64,000 bases of DNA. Origin: Lama glama (taxonomy: Eukaryota). Every line of letters begins with the position of its first letter. Position 1 is the first letter of the stretch. The position numbers were made by a program, and so were the translations under genes. The DNA lies in the NCBI GenBank assembly GCA_028534125.1, contig CM052817.1:50036001-50100000 (forward strand), in the 5' to 3' direction. Shown here piece after piece: positions 1 through 13,600 of this stretch. Under the pieces are notes generated by a model. It was not told where the DNA came from. It saw only the letters and a program-made list of their open reading frames with translations, and did not search any database.

Positions 1-1569
1 AGCATTTTGTGATAATAATATACTTACTTTTAAAAGCATACTATTCATCTATTACTGTCCAATTTTCAAATAGAAAATTTAACTTTGTAGATTTTACAAT
101 TAGAATATAGGACCCAGAGTATCGCAGATATACTCTCCATCTCCAATTTCAGCATGTCTGTGTTTTTTATTTTACCTGTTGTTTCCATTGATGGGGACTG
201 CTTCTTTACTGGGGTTACCTATTTTCTCTTTTTTGAAACATTCTAGCATCTTTTTATACTCAATTTTTCTAATATTTCACTCATATTCCTAAGTATGGAT
301 CTTCTTAAATTTTCATTATACTGACTGACCACTTATGTCCTACAGATTTGGGGAATTTGATTGTATATCTTTTAGATTTTTATCTCTTGCCTTTTTGTTC
401 TGTCTGGAATAACTATTGGTCAGAAGTTGGACTTTCTGATTTCTTGGATCTTTATTTTTCCTCCCATTTTCCATCTCTTTGACTTTTGTTCTGTTTTTTT
501 TTTCTCTCTAGAAGTATCCTCAGCTGTTTCATAATTACTGCATTATTTTAGGTAATCATGTTTTTAATTATTAAGAATTTTTCTCACTCTCTGTCTTGTG
601 CTTATAGTATACCATTTCTGATTTATGAGTCCAGTATTACCTCAAATCTCTCTTGAAGGTGCTAATTAGCATTTTCTATTTTTTGTGTGTTTTTTTTCTT
701 TTCTTTTTTTTTTTTTTTGGAATTATCTTCCTCATCCTTGCTATTAGTTTCCTCTTGGGCCTTTTTCTTTTTCATTTTTTAAAATTTATATCTTGATCTT
801 CCTCTTTTATTTTAGAAACTTAGTGTCTGGTTATCCATAGATGCTGGTAATGTTTAAAACTGCGACAATGGAATACTGTTTTTGAGCGCTGCATTTATGG
901 GGATAGGGAAAGTGGGGGGAGGGCATCTACTGTTCTCAGAAAATATAAATTTTCTTTGAATTGCTCTGTTTTTATTTCCTGTCTCTTTAGCTCCTTCAGA
1001 TCTCGAGTTTCCTAGTTCTGCATAGTTAGGGCTTTCTCCTGGCTTAACAGCTTCACTCCTCATCCAGGACAGTATCTTGTGAGCTTACTTTAGGCCGCTT
1101 CTGCTTTTACTCTGTTTCATCAGTTACCACGTTTTCATTTGTTTTCCATCTACCAGAAGCTTGTTAAATTTGTTTGTCCACAGATAGTCCTCTCTTCCAT
1201 TCTCCTTCTCATTGTCATTTTATGTCAGTTTATTATTTTACTACTTTAGAGGGATCTCCCTGCAGGGAAAGGTGATAAGTAGATATTATTAGTTAACCAA
1301 CTTGAATTATTGGAAGCCCAGATAATATGATTTTAATGGAAAAGGTATGGGAGGAGGTGGAGGAAGTGGAAGAGGATGGAATAAATCCCAGGGTAAGGAA
1401 ATAGTGTAAACAAAGTTTTGGAAACAGTAGATATGAGGCAAGTTCTTTTTCACTTGATCCAGAAGAATTCCTCTTTATAGTATTATAATACACAATCACT
1501 AAATACTTGCTGAATGAATAAATGAAGAACTTAAATTTTCACCAGATTGATGATTTACTTTCCTTTCAG

Positions 1570-1616
1570 GATCATCTTAAAAATGACTATAGGAGAAGAT
1601 TCTGCCGATCTTCCAG
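1570..1616 (+). CDS. CENPC: CENPC exon 2 (47 nt) [15 protein letters not shown](R), Mis12-complex-binding region
   Basis: tcctttcag|GAT...TCCAG|gtgatt. Confidence 0.95.
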
Positions 1617-4600
1617 GTGATTTATATACTTAAGCTTTTAAGATGATTTTTATTCCCATCTTCAGAAAGTAGAATTTTTAAATGAAGAAAGGAAAAACTG
1701 TTATCTCTAACTAAAATAATAATTTCTATGCCCACTGATTGTGTAGTCATCTTAGTTATTTTATATTAACAGAAGACTGTTAATGCAAGCAGTGCAGTGA
1801 CTTGATGGAAGTGAGAAAAGAAATTCACCTGTTAAATGGTGGACCAGGAAGAAGCAGTTTCAGTTCTGACTAAATGACAGCTATGGGGAAACACTCTAAA
1901 GTCGATTGAATGGTAATAATAGAAAGATGTAGTTTATTCCATGGGGCTAAAAGAAAAGGTGGATGTGGTTCTAAAAGGGCAGTAGAAGGATCTTTGTGGT
2001 GATGGAACTGCTCAGTATCTTAACTGTGGTGGCCATATCTGAACCTTCAAATGTGATAAACTACACAGAACTAAATACACATACAAACATAAACACACAA
2101 ATGAGTACATGTAGAACTGGAGAAATCTAAATAAAATTGGTAGATTCTATCACTATATCCTGATTGTGACAGTAAACTATAGTTTTGTAAAATGTTACCA
2201 TTGCAGGAAACTGGATGAAGTCAAGGAGGGATCTCTTCTGTGTTATTTCTTACAATTGTACATGAATCTACAATTGTGTCAATACAACTTTTAAGTAAAA
2301 ATGTATACTGATTCATAAGCTCCTGTTAAGAGTAAAGATACTGAATCAAAAGTGAATTTGAGATCTTGTGGGGAAGACTGTGTTACTTGGAGCTGTTAGG
2401 ACTTCTGACCATAGAGAATTAAAGAAGCATTTCAGGGTTGTTTGAATTTGCTCAAAAGAGTTTATGTTCTTGTTTAGATATAGCAGTAGTCTAAAACAGC
2501 TTTAGTCATGGCTATTCAGTCAAGTAATTTTATTGTTAATGTAGACAATGATGTATTACTAAACATCCTTTTCTAGGAACTCTTGGACTCCCAAATACTT
2601 GTTTTGTCCTCAGATAGTAATGGTGATATTTTTCCTATTAAGTAAATTAACATTTTATAGTAAGCAGATATGGGATTGTCAAAGTAGATGTTAATAGGTA
2701 GCAAATATCTTTTGGAAATGATATGTTGACATTTTCCCTTCTTTCCTGCTTTTTTTAGGGCACCTGACATTAATACGGAGCAAGGCCAGAATATACTGAA
2801 AACCTTACTAGACTGTTTTGAAGAAAAAAGTAAGGCTTCATTTCTACATGGACTTTGAGGGTTGGGATGGATGAAAATATAAATTTTTCCTATTAATATC
2901 AAATTCAGCAACTATAGTATTTAAATATATGTAAAATATTTTCCCAGGAATTTTGAGTACATGTACAGTTCTTGTACCTTCTGGTCCACTGAAGATAATA
3001 CTGGCAAAAATGAGAATAATTTATTATTCCCTTCAGTCGTACTAGATTCCTATAGTCTAGAAGTCATAAATTTAATTATCATACACAGGAGAAAGTATTT
3101 CATGTAATGGAAATAAATGTGCAGAATTCTTGGGCTCACTGGAGAGCTTGAGATACTGTTTGGTGATTTCCTAAAGAAAAGATGAATTATGGCAAAAACT
3201 TTTCCAAGTGTGGGTCAGCATTAGAAGGTATTGGAACAAAAGAATAGGCCAACCAGACAAAAACAGATGCATCTTTTTATAAGCTCTGAAAGAAGAACTG
3301 GCACATGTTTTTCCAGGAACCTTGCTTGTCTTTTTTAGTTCCAGATGCCTTCTAGGAACATTTGACTATCGAATTGATGCCTGTACTCGTTAAACTAATT
3401 GCATTTAAAAGAATCAACAGAATTCTTCAGACTTCTTTTAATTGTAACCGAAAGATTTTATACATATTTTGTTTTTAAAAATTTTTAACTTTTTTTAGGT
3501 CTTGCCAATGATTTTAGCACAAATTCTACAAAATCAGTGCTTTATTCAACACCTAAAATAAAAGACATTTGTATTCAGTCACCAAGCAAAGAGGTAAGTG
3601 AAAAAAGAGAACTGGTATAGGTTTAATATTTTAATGAATGAAGCAGTACACAATATATATAGTTAGAAACATTTTGGTTGTTTGTCTTACTCTTAAAAGG
3701 AAATCCTATATTCCCATTGAGTTTATATAAAATGTAGAGGTATTTTTTGAAAAATTTGGCCTGACATTTCCTGTGTTTGAAATTGGAGGTCTGGGAGTTA
3801 GAATTATCAAATGTAATACAATCACTTTTCACTCTTCCTAAAATAATGCTTAAATTAGGTTTTTAGGAAAGTGGGCAACTACTAAAGTTCCTAATCCAGG
3901 TTGTCAAGTTTGGTTGTTTTCTGAAAACGGAAGGCAATTTATTGCTATACAGGGGACTCAATCTTTTATTGATTATATATATCTTAAGAGGATAGGTTGA
4001 CGTAACTCTGTAAAATAGCACTTTGGAATAGAGTTTTTGAAGCTTATAATTGAAGACCAATTATTCAAAAGCACAACACTAATTGGAGAGAAGAATTGGA
4101 TATAGACAAACCTTGTTTTATTGTACTTTGCTTTATTGCCCTTCACAGACAGTGCATTATTTACAAATTGGAGGTTAGTGGCAACCCTATGTCAAGCAAG
4201 TCTGTCAGTACTGTTTTTCTGACAGTATTTGCTCACTTCGTGTCTCTTTGTCATATTTTGGTAATTCTCACAATATTTCAGATGTTGTCATTATAATCAT
4301 ATTTGTTAATGATGATTTGTGATCAGCGATCTTTGATGTTACTGTTGCAAAAAAATTGATATTTAGAAGGCTTAGATGATTAGCATTTTTTAGCAATAAA
4401 TATTTTAAAATTAAGGTATGTACTTTTTTTAGACAATGCTATTGCTTTTTTAGATAATATGGTATATTAATATTAATATACTACAGTATAGTGTAAACAT
4501 AACTTTTGTATGCACTGGGAAATTAAAAAATTCATGTGACTTGCTTTATTGCAATACTCACTTTATTGAGGTGGTCTGGAACTGAACTCACAATATCTCC

Positions 4601-7600
4601 CAGGTATGCCTCGAGTGCTGGAAATAACATTCATTAGAAACTTGTGTAAACAAATAATTAAACATATATAGCCTTTTGGTTACAAGGAATGAAGACAGAT
4701 CCATCCTGTCAGAATTGAGAGACCTTTAATGTGATAAATTGATTTTTGAAAGTTAAATCAGCTAAATTTCCTGGGATAATCATGACTTGGTCATAAAGTA
4801 TTAACCTTATTTGGTTTGGTTTGCTAATATTTAAGATGCTTGCATCTATGTTCATGAACAATATTGTCTTTTTTCTCAAAATGTTCTTGTAGGGCTTAGG
4901 TATCAAGGTATCAAGGTTATGCTAGAGGTTCCACTTTTAGGTGGGATGTAATAGATTGCAAGATTGCAGTAGGTCAACACTCTTGGTGCAATTGCTAGTT
5001 AAAAAAGAGAATGAAATGCAAACATAATATTTTTAGATACATTGGGAGTTGTGGAAGCAATAAGGACTAGTTGAACTAAAATTCCAAAGAGAGAAGAATC
5101 CTTAGAAGATGAGTTGATGTTTGTTAATCATTTTCTTCCCTAGAGTATTTACTAATTTTGGGCAAAAGCTGAGGGTTTTGGATTGGCCCAGGCAGAGGGA
5201 GTCTACTGTGGGAAAGTAGGGCTTTTGTTACTAGTACAGGGGTGGCATGACAAATTGAAATCCTGGAGGCACCCCAGGTGGATAATCACTTTTCCTTAAA
5301 GAACATTTGTAAGTTCTGAGGTAGTCAGGAAACTTGGGCCGGAAAGGTAGAGTGAAACATGTAGTCTTGGTATGCTAACAAGGCAAAATCCTGTTGCAGG
5401 AAAGGAGCCCACTACAAATAGACATTTGCCACATTTTGAAGCAGTCTGGGCCAGAGGCTAAAAACATGTTAAACAAAAACCTCCAAAGGACTGAACTGAA
5501 TACATTGTAATCTTTAAGGGCTAAACAGGCTCACCAGGTTCTCAGTCACCCAGAAGAACTCATTCTGAAGGACACAGGGCAGGTTACAAGTGGCCTGGGT
5601 CTTACTAAAATTTTATGTCAGATCCAGCTCAATCCTTGAGAGGGAGGATCTAATCATTTCAATCCATTCTGCTTAAAAGGAGAAAAGGAGAACCTACTAT
5701 ATAGAAAGATATTATTGGGAGCTTCTACTTTTTTTAAATAAAACCTTTTGCTTTGAGATAATTGTAGATTTACAAGCAGCTATAAGAAATAGTAGAGTGG
5801 AAGACCCTGTAGGCTTTACCTAGTTTCCTGTAAAGGTACCTTCTTGCAAAAACTATAGTACAACATCACAAGTAGCGTACTGACACTGATGCAGACAGGA
5901 TATAGAACAATTCCACCACTACAGGATCCCTTTTATCCTTTTATAGCAGTACTTACTTCTCTCTCACCCTCACCCACTCAGCTCCTGAAACCCCTAATCT
6001 GTTCTCCATTTCTACAATTTTGTTATTTCAAGAATGTTACTTAAATGGAGTCATATAGTATATAACTTTTTGGACTTGTCTTTTTCACTTAGTATAATTC
6101 TTTGGTGATTCATCCAGGATTTTGTGTATATCAATAATTCATTTCTTTTTATTGCTAAGTGGTATTTCATGATATAGATATACCACAGTTTGCTTAGCCA
6201 CTCCCTTATCTCTTAGTTTTCTCGATTTAATTATCATGGTTTTAAAATTTGTTGATTTTCTGTGCACCTCTGACTAATTTGTCACCAGTTTTTCTGACAG
6301 AATGGTGAATGTATTCTCAGTGTATGTAGACCCATCAAGTAATTTATCATTTTCAATTTTTTTCTGGAGATATCCTTTGTAGATTTCTCTACTCTGATTT
6401 TTGCTTCTGTCCACCCATAGGCTTGTCACATAGGTGTTGCTGTGTGACTTCCCTTTATCATCCAGGGAAGTTCCTTGTCTTTTCTCCTGTACTGCAGCTC
6501 ATATTTCTTGGATCCCAAATCTTTTCTTTTTTTTGTTTGGTGGACTGATCCTTTAGTAGCTTCCTGAGAATTTAAGACCTTAAATGTTTGAAAATAGCAT
6601 AACTTTACCCTCATGATGGATAATTACAGGTATAAAATTCTAGGTCGGAAATGATTTTCCGTCAGATTCCTAAAGACGTGCTCTTTTTTTTTTAATAAAG
6701 CTTCTCGTGTTGTTGAGAATGCTGTTTTGACTCCTTGATCCTTTGTGAGTCACTATTTTTTCACATTTGTAAGCTTTTAGAATCTTTTCATCTGTCTTTA
6801 GTGATCTGAAATTTCATGGTATTTCTTGTTGTTAGGTTCTTCTAACTTTTTGTGTTAGGATTTTTTGGTACAGTTCTATTTCCTGCAGGTAACTTTTTTG
6901 CTTACTTTGCTCATTGCCTTTTACACTAGAGCCTTTGGTCAGATGTACAGTGATACTTAGTGGTCTCCTCACTTTTAAGAGTGTAAAACTAAAATGGTGA
7001 TTGGAAACTCTACTTTCATAGTTAGAATTTTACATTGGTAGATTTTGCTGTGGTGTGATCTGTCTGGATCATGTCATTGTGGATGTCCAGATGCTAATAT
7101 CTATAGGTTTTTTTCTTTTGGCTTGATAAGTTTTTCTGACAAAAAAATCTCTCCTGCTTGGGGGATCTGATTCTAACTACAGGTGTTCTCAGCCAGATGG
7201 GGCAAGAGGGGAGAGGTGCAATTTGAATACTTCCACTTAATATCTCTGTTTTCAGTGTGTTCTTATCTTGAACTGTGTCTCATGTCACTGAGCTCAGAGT
7301 CTCTCTGATTTGAAACTCAAGACAGTAAACATCTAATCTTCTGTTAGAGTTGGGAGAGGAGGGACTCCGTGACTGACTGCTTCCTATACATATTTTTAAC
7401 AACTCTTCTCTTTGCAGGCCATACCTGGACCCCCTCTTTCACAGGTGCCTTGTACCTTGATCTTACGGGTTTTTCCATAAACATAAATCTGTGTGCTTCT
7501 GGGCTTTCTCCGTTGCTAGCATATTTATGCTCTTTCTGTGCTGGTTAGTTGCTGCTGATCTGCTTTCCAACCTCAGAAAGTTTATTGACATCTCTCGTCT

Positions 7601-10600
7601 ACACTTTTTTTTCTCTTCATCCTTCTGGGTTCACACATGTTAAAAAATCATTAGTGATGTCTCAGGAAGGAGCAGAATATTGTGAAAACTTACTTTTGTT
7701 ACTTTTGTCATTGAGTTCCATAGTGTATCCACTGCTAGCAGTGTAGTGGCTCCATTATTTATGTATTCCCCTGTTGGCAGATTTTTAAGTTGTTTTCTCT
7801 CTATATCACAGTGATATAGTGAACACTTTTGTTTATACCTCCTTGTATACATGTTGTAAACTGAATTTCTCTAGGATATGCACATTTGAACTGCACTTAT
7901 TAAATATTGTCAATTTTTTCTGCAAAATTGTTCACTTGTTTTTTTTCCTGCCTGCCGTGTATTGAGATTTCTCTTTTCTGTATTTTTAAAATTTATAACT
8001 ATGTATTTCAGATTTTCAAAAGAAAATATATATGTACATAAGGTATTAAAAATAACAAATAAAAACCCATGTGACCATTCCTTAGTGTAAAAAATAACCA
8101 AAACCTTTGAAGCATCTATGTGCCCCTTTTTGATCCTATTCTTTTGCCTCTCCTCCCTGTGTAGAGGTAACCACTGTCTTAAATTTCATGTTCATCATTC
8201 TCATCCTTTGTTTTATAGTTTTACCACATATGGATGTGTGCTGACATTTATGTCAGCATTTCTTCCACTATTTATGACAGAGGTCCTACTGCCGTCCATC
8301 CACATGTTGTGTGCTTCACTAGATGGAACTCTTGAGTCTCTCTGCAGGTCGTTAGGTGTACTCATGACTAAGATGTATTATAGGCATACAGTCAGGATAC
8401 AAAGCCACTTCATTTAGAGAAAAAGATGCATCAGGCAGAGTCTGGAGGAATCCATGCCAGGCTTCCTATGTTCTCTAGAGGGGCCACAAAGAATATACTC
8501 ATTGCATCCACCAGTGAAATGCCATAAAACATGTACAGTCTTTCTACTCTGGGAAGCCTTTTGAGACTTGGCCCATTTTATTGGGGGCTGGTTAAATATA
8601 ACCCTCTGCTCACCAAAGTTCTGTATTCCCTGAGGGGAAAAAAAAGCAGGTGTTTACCATAAATCCCATTGTTTATACAGACAGGCTGGCATAGCAGGTA
8701 CAACCTTACCAGTTGATAATGGAGGAAATATTTTGAAAGCCAGGTCCCTAGGTGCCAGCCAAAGACTAGTCCTGTAAGCAGGTTTTTAAGTGATCAGGCC
8801 TGCTACATTAACACTTCTTCTGCATAGAATGAATCTCTAAATACTATATATGTGTGTATATATATAGTTCTTCATGTTTTTGTGTCCTGAGCTTTACATA
8901 AATGAAATTATATACTTCTGCAACTTGTTTGTTGTTTAGCTGAATCATTCATATTGCTGTAGTTTATTCATTTCACTGTTGTATTTGTAATTTTATGTTA
9001 TATGACTATACCATAATTTATCCAATCTTCTGTCAGAATAGGTTTTTAAAAGCTATTAGAATAATGTTTTTATGATAGCTTATATGAAATTTCAGTGTTA
9101 CTAAATAATGTGAAATTGTTTTCTAAGTAGTTATTTAAGCTTGCATCTTTACCAGCTGATCTGTTGCTTTTAAATACTTTTTTTTTTTAGTTTAAAAGCA
9201 AATGTGTTTTATCAGAATTGGTAATTTAATAGAGCAGATCTAATGTTGTATCTCTTTTTAGACTCAGTGCCAGAAATCACATTCAAAGTCAGACCCAGTT
9301 TCTTCAAGAAAGAATGAAGCTTCCCTGCAGTTAATTATAGAACCAAGTGAAGTTGTCAACAAATCAGGTTTGTAGCACCTCCATGGGTGATATTTGCCTA
9401 CATATATTTAGAAAGGTAGAAATGCTGAAGGTAGCATGTATGCTGGCTTGAGTGACAAGGTCAGGGTCAGCCTGGGCAGAATTGTGAATGGATGAAGTTA
9501 TTTTTGATTCCCTTTCACATCCATGGTCAGTGTTTTTTTTTGTTTTTTTGGTTTTTTTAGACATAAGTAATAAGTTTTATCTCACTATTATCTCTTTCTT
9601 TGTTTTAGTGGTAGGAACGTTGCTTATTAGGATGTAGTGAGAGACATTAACTAATAATTATTACAGAGATCATAGCTTCAGGAGTTTTCAAATAGATTTC
9701 TTTTTTCTGTTTTATTTTTTTTCCAGAACAACAATAAATATTTATTGTCTCACACAGTTTCTGTGGGTCAGGAATTTAGAAGCAGCTTTAGTTAGATGGT
9801 TCTGGCTTGTAATCTCTTACGAGGTGGTAGTCAAGATGTTGGCCAGGGTTGCAGTCATCCGAAGGCTTGACTGGGCCTAAGGCTATATTTCCAGGATGTC
9901 TCTCTCATGTGGGGCTGGTTGCTGGCAGGAAGCCTTTCTTTCCTCCCAGGTGGGCCTCTCCAGTGGCTTCTCGAGCAGTGTTTTTTTTTTTTAAACTGAA
10001 GTATAATTGATATAACATTATATTAGTTTCAGTAATACAACATAAATGATTTGATAGTTGTATATATGTGGTCAGTATTCTTTTTCTCTCTTCTCCATTT
10101 TGTTCAGTTTCTTTTAGTCAGTTATATGTGCTGCTCCTTTTTAAAGTTTTATTTGCATTTTTTTCAAATTAGAAAAGTCCTTCATTTGAGGTAAGAGTCA
10201 AAGATTTAAAAGAAAAAGATACTTATCATTACTGTCCTCATCCTGCTGAGATAGCTTTTGAATCCTTCCATATCTTCATTGGTTCTCCTGAGTGAAAACA
10301 TATATATATATATATATATATTAATAAATATAAATGTGTATGTACATGTGCACGCTTTCAGAAGAGGCTTTCCCAATTTTCTTTTATATCAGCAGTGTAA
10401 GAATCTTACCTTCTAGGCTATTTATGATTCTACTTTTTTGCCAGTTTGATCAGTATTAAATGATCTCATTGTTACTTTAGTGTCTGTTTCTGTGATTATC
10501 ACTGAGTTTGAACACCTTTTTATAAGTTTACATCTTAGATTTTCATCTTAACATCTTTTTTTCTTTTTAATTTAAATTTTCAATCCATCTGGAATGTGTT

Positions 10601-13600
10601 TTGGTATATAATGTGACATAATATTATAATTTAATTTTTTTTCCAGGTGGTCAGTTGTGCCAGGTCTATTTATTAATTAAATAATTCATTCTCTTTGAAT
10701 GTGCTACTTTCATCATGTATTAAATCTCACATATCATTCAATATACTTTTGAATTTTGTTTTATTTCTTTATTCTTGATGTCAACACAATACTGCTTTAC
10801 TAGTAGTTTTATAATATGTGCTGATATAAAGGTATTGATATTCACTATTCTTTCATTCTCAGACCTTTTTTCTTCTTATAAACTTTCAGTTTTATCTAAT
10901 TTCTGATAAAATTTTACTGGGGTTTTAACTAAAAAATTACATTTAATTTGTATAGTAATTTTGTGAAAATTGATCTTTTTGTGTTATTTAAGTTTTCTAC
11001 ATAAGAACATATACTTATGTATTTATGTCCTTCAAAAGTGTATGAAGGGCACTATCAATAGCATGAAAGGATAACCCACAGAATGGGGGAAAATATTTGC
11101 ATATAGTATACCTAATAAGAGCTTTATATCCAGAATATATAAAAAATTCCAGCAATTCAACAACAACAAAAGTAAACAACCCAATTAAAAAGGGGACAAA
11201 GGACTTGAGTAGACATTTCTCCAATTGGCCAATGAATGTGAAACAGTGGGTTAAATCCATTTTATTTGCCTTCACTAATTGAGGTCATTTAAGTCCTCCA
11301 AGTGACATGTAGCCTGAATAACAAGATGTTTGCCTGAGTTGTTTTTTAGGAAGGTGAGATCAGCTGCATTTAGTTTGAGCTGAGCTGGTTAAGACTATAT
11401 AGGACCACTGACCCTTCAGCTGGACGGGCTTGAAGGTCCACTTGGTGACCATTTGACCATTTATTAGAGTCCTGCGCAGAATGATGATTATTGCAACTTC
11501 TTTTTAATTAACTTTCCCCAGGCTCCCCACACTTTAGTCTCCCAGCTTGGCTGTCTTGTTAGTAAATCTCTTTGCTGCAAAACTCGGTGTCTTAGCATTT
11601 TGACTTGCTATGTGACTGAAAAGTGGTTAGCAACTGCATGAAGAGTTGTTTAGCATATTAGTCAACAGAGAGAGTGCAAGAGAAGTGCAAATCAAAACCC
11701 CAGTGAGATAATGCCTTGTACATATTAGGATGGCTGTTATTTTTTTTAAAAACGAAAATAACAAATGTTGACAAGGATGTGAATAAATTGTGCATTGCTG
11801 AATGTGCAGCCACAGTGGAAACAGTTTGGTGGTTCCTCAGGAAACTAAATATGAAGTAGCATTTCTACTTCTAGGTGTATATTCAAAAAAATTGAAAATA
11901 GGGACTCAAACAGACACTTGTACCCTAGTGTTCGTAACAGTATTATTCACAATACTTGAAAGGTGGAAACAACCAAAGTGTACCATTTACAAGTGAATGG
12001 ACAAGCAATGTGGTACATGTGTGGAGTGGAATATTATTCAGCCATGAAAGAATGAAATTCTGATATATGCTGCAACATGGAAGAACCTTAGAATCATTGT
12101 GCTTGAGAAATATATTCATTTAGTGACATAAATTTCCCTACCTACTGCTGTAGCTGCATCCCACAGAGTTTGATATGTTGTGTGTTCTGTTCATTTTTAT
12201 TTCTGTGTATTTTTTAACAATCCTTTGAGACTTTCTCTATAACCCATTGATTATTTAGGAGTGTGTTAATCAAAGTGTTTAAGGTTTTTCCCTTAGTGAT
12301 TTCTTGATTTCTTTATGGCATAGCATATGCTATGTGATTTCAATCCTTTTAAATTTGTGAAGGTTTATTTTATCTTTATGAATATTTCATGGGCACTTAA
12401 AAATATGTATTTTGTTGTTGAGTGTAGTTGACCATGAATATCAATTATGGTGTATTACTAATTTTTACATTGTTAGATGTAATTTGCTAAACTTTTGTTG
12501 AGAATTTTTTTCATCTAAGTTAATGAGAGAGAGTGATTTGTAGTTTTCTTTTTTATGCTCTATTTGTGTGGTTTTAGTATTAAGGTAATGCTCATCAACC
12601 TTATAAAATGAGTTAGAAATTATTCCCCCTTCTAATTTCTGAAAGGGATTATATAAAATTGGTTTTAATTCTTTAAATTTTTGGTATAATGTTTCTCAGT
12701 GATACTCTCTGGTCTGTGGGATTTCTTTTTCAAGAACTTTTAAGTTACAAATTGAATTCTTTAATAGTTACAGGACTGTTTAGGTTATTTATTTAATCTT
12801 GGCACAATTTTGATAGTCTGTGGTTTTTGAAGAATTGATACATTTCCTCTAAGTTGTTGAGTTTATGAGCTTAAATTTGCAGCAGTATTACCCTGTTATT
12901 TTTTTAATGGCTGCAGGATCTGTTGTGATATACCATTTTATTCCAGATATTGGTGGTTTGTGTCTTGTCTTTTTATCTTTGCTAATTTTGTTAGAGGTTT
13001 ATCATTTTTATTCACTTTTTAAAAAGAGCTAGCTTCTTGTTTCAGTAGTTTTCTGTATTGTGTTCCTGTTTTCATTGATTTCTGCTCTTATTTTTTCTAT
13101 TCTTGTCATTGGTTTAGTTTTATTTTGTTCTTTTTTAAAAATTTTTGAGGTAGGATTTTTTATTTTTATACTTTGGTTTATAATTCAGTAGTATTTTATT
13201 AATTTTGTTATTCAGATTGTTCCAGCTTTGTCTATTAGAAGCTCTTTGGCTCCTATGCCCCTTTGACAGACCCCATTTTTGTTGTTTTATTGCTATTGTT
13301 CTTGAATACTTCCTTACCATCTGGAACTACAGGATGCTCCAGGCTTATCTTACATATTTCCTGCCCCTATCATTGAATCAGCCATTTCTCCAAGGAGCCA
13401 ATGGTTCTTCTTACTGAAGAATGGTATTAGGAACCAAAATCTTGTTGCTAGGTGTGTTGTCACTCGTGGGGTGTTACTGCTTTAGGACAGTCTTAACTGA
13501 GAGAGCAAGAAATATTTGTGTTTATCCTAACTGGTATGTGTATACATATTTATAAATATTTTTCCATGTAACTGTATCTGTATTAAGTTAAACATGAATT

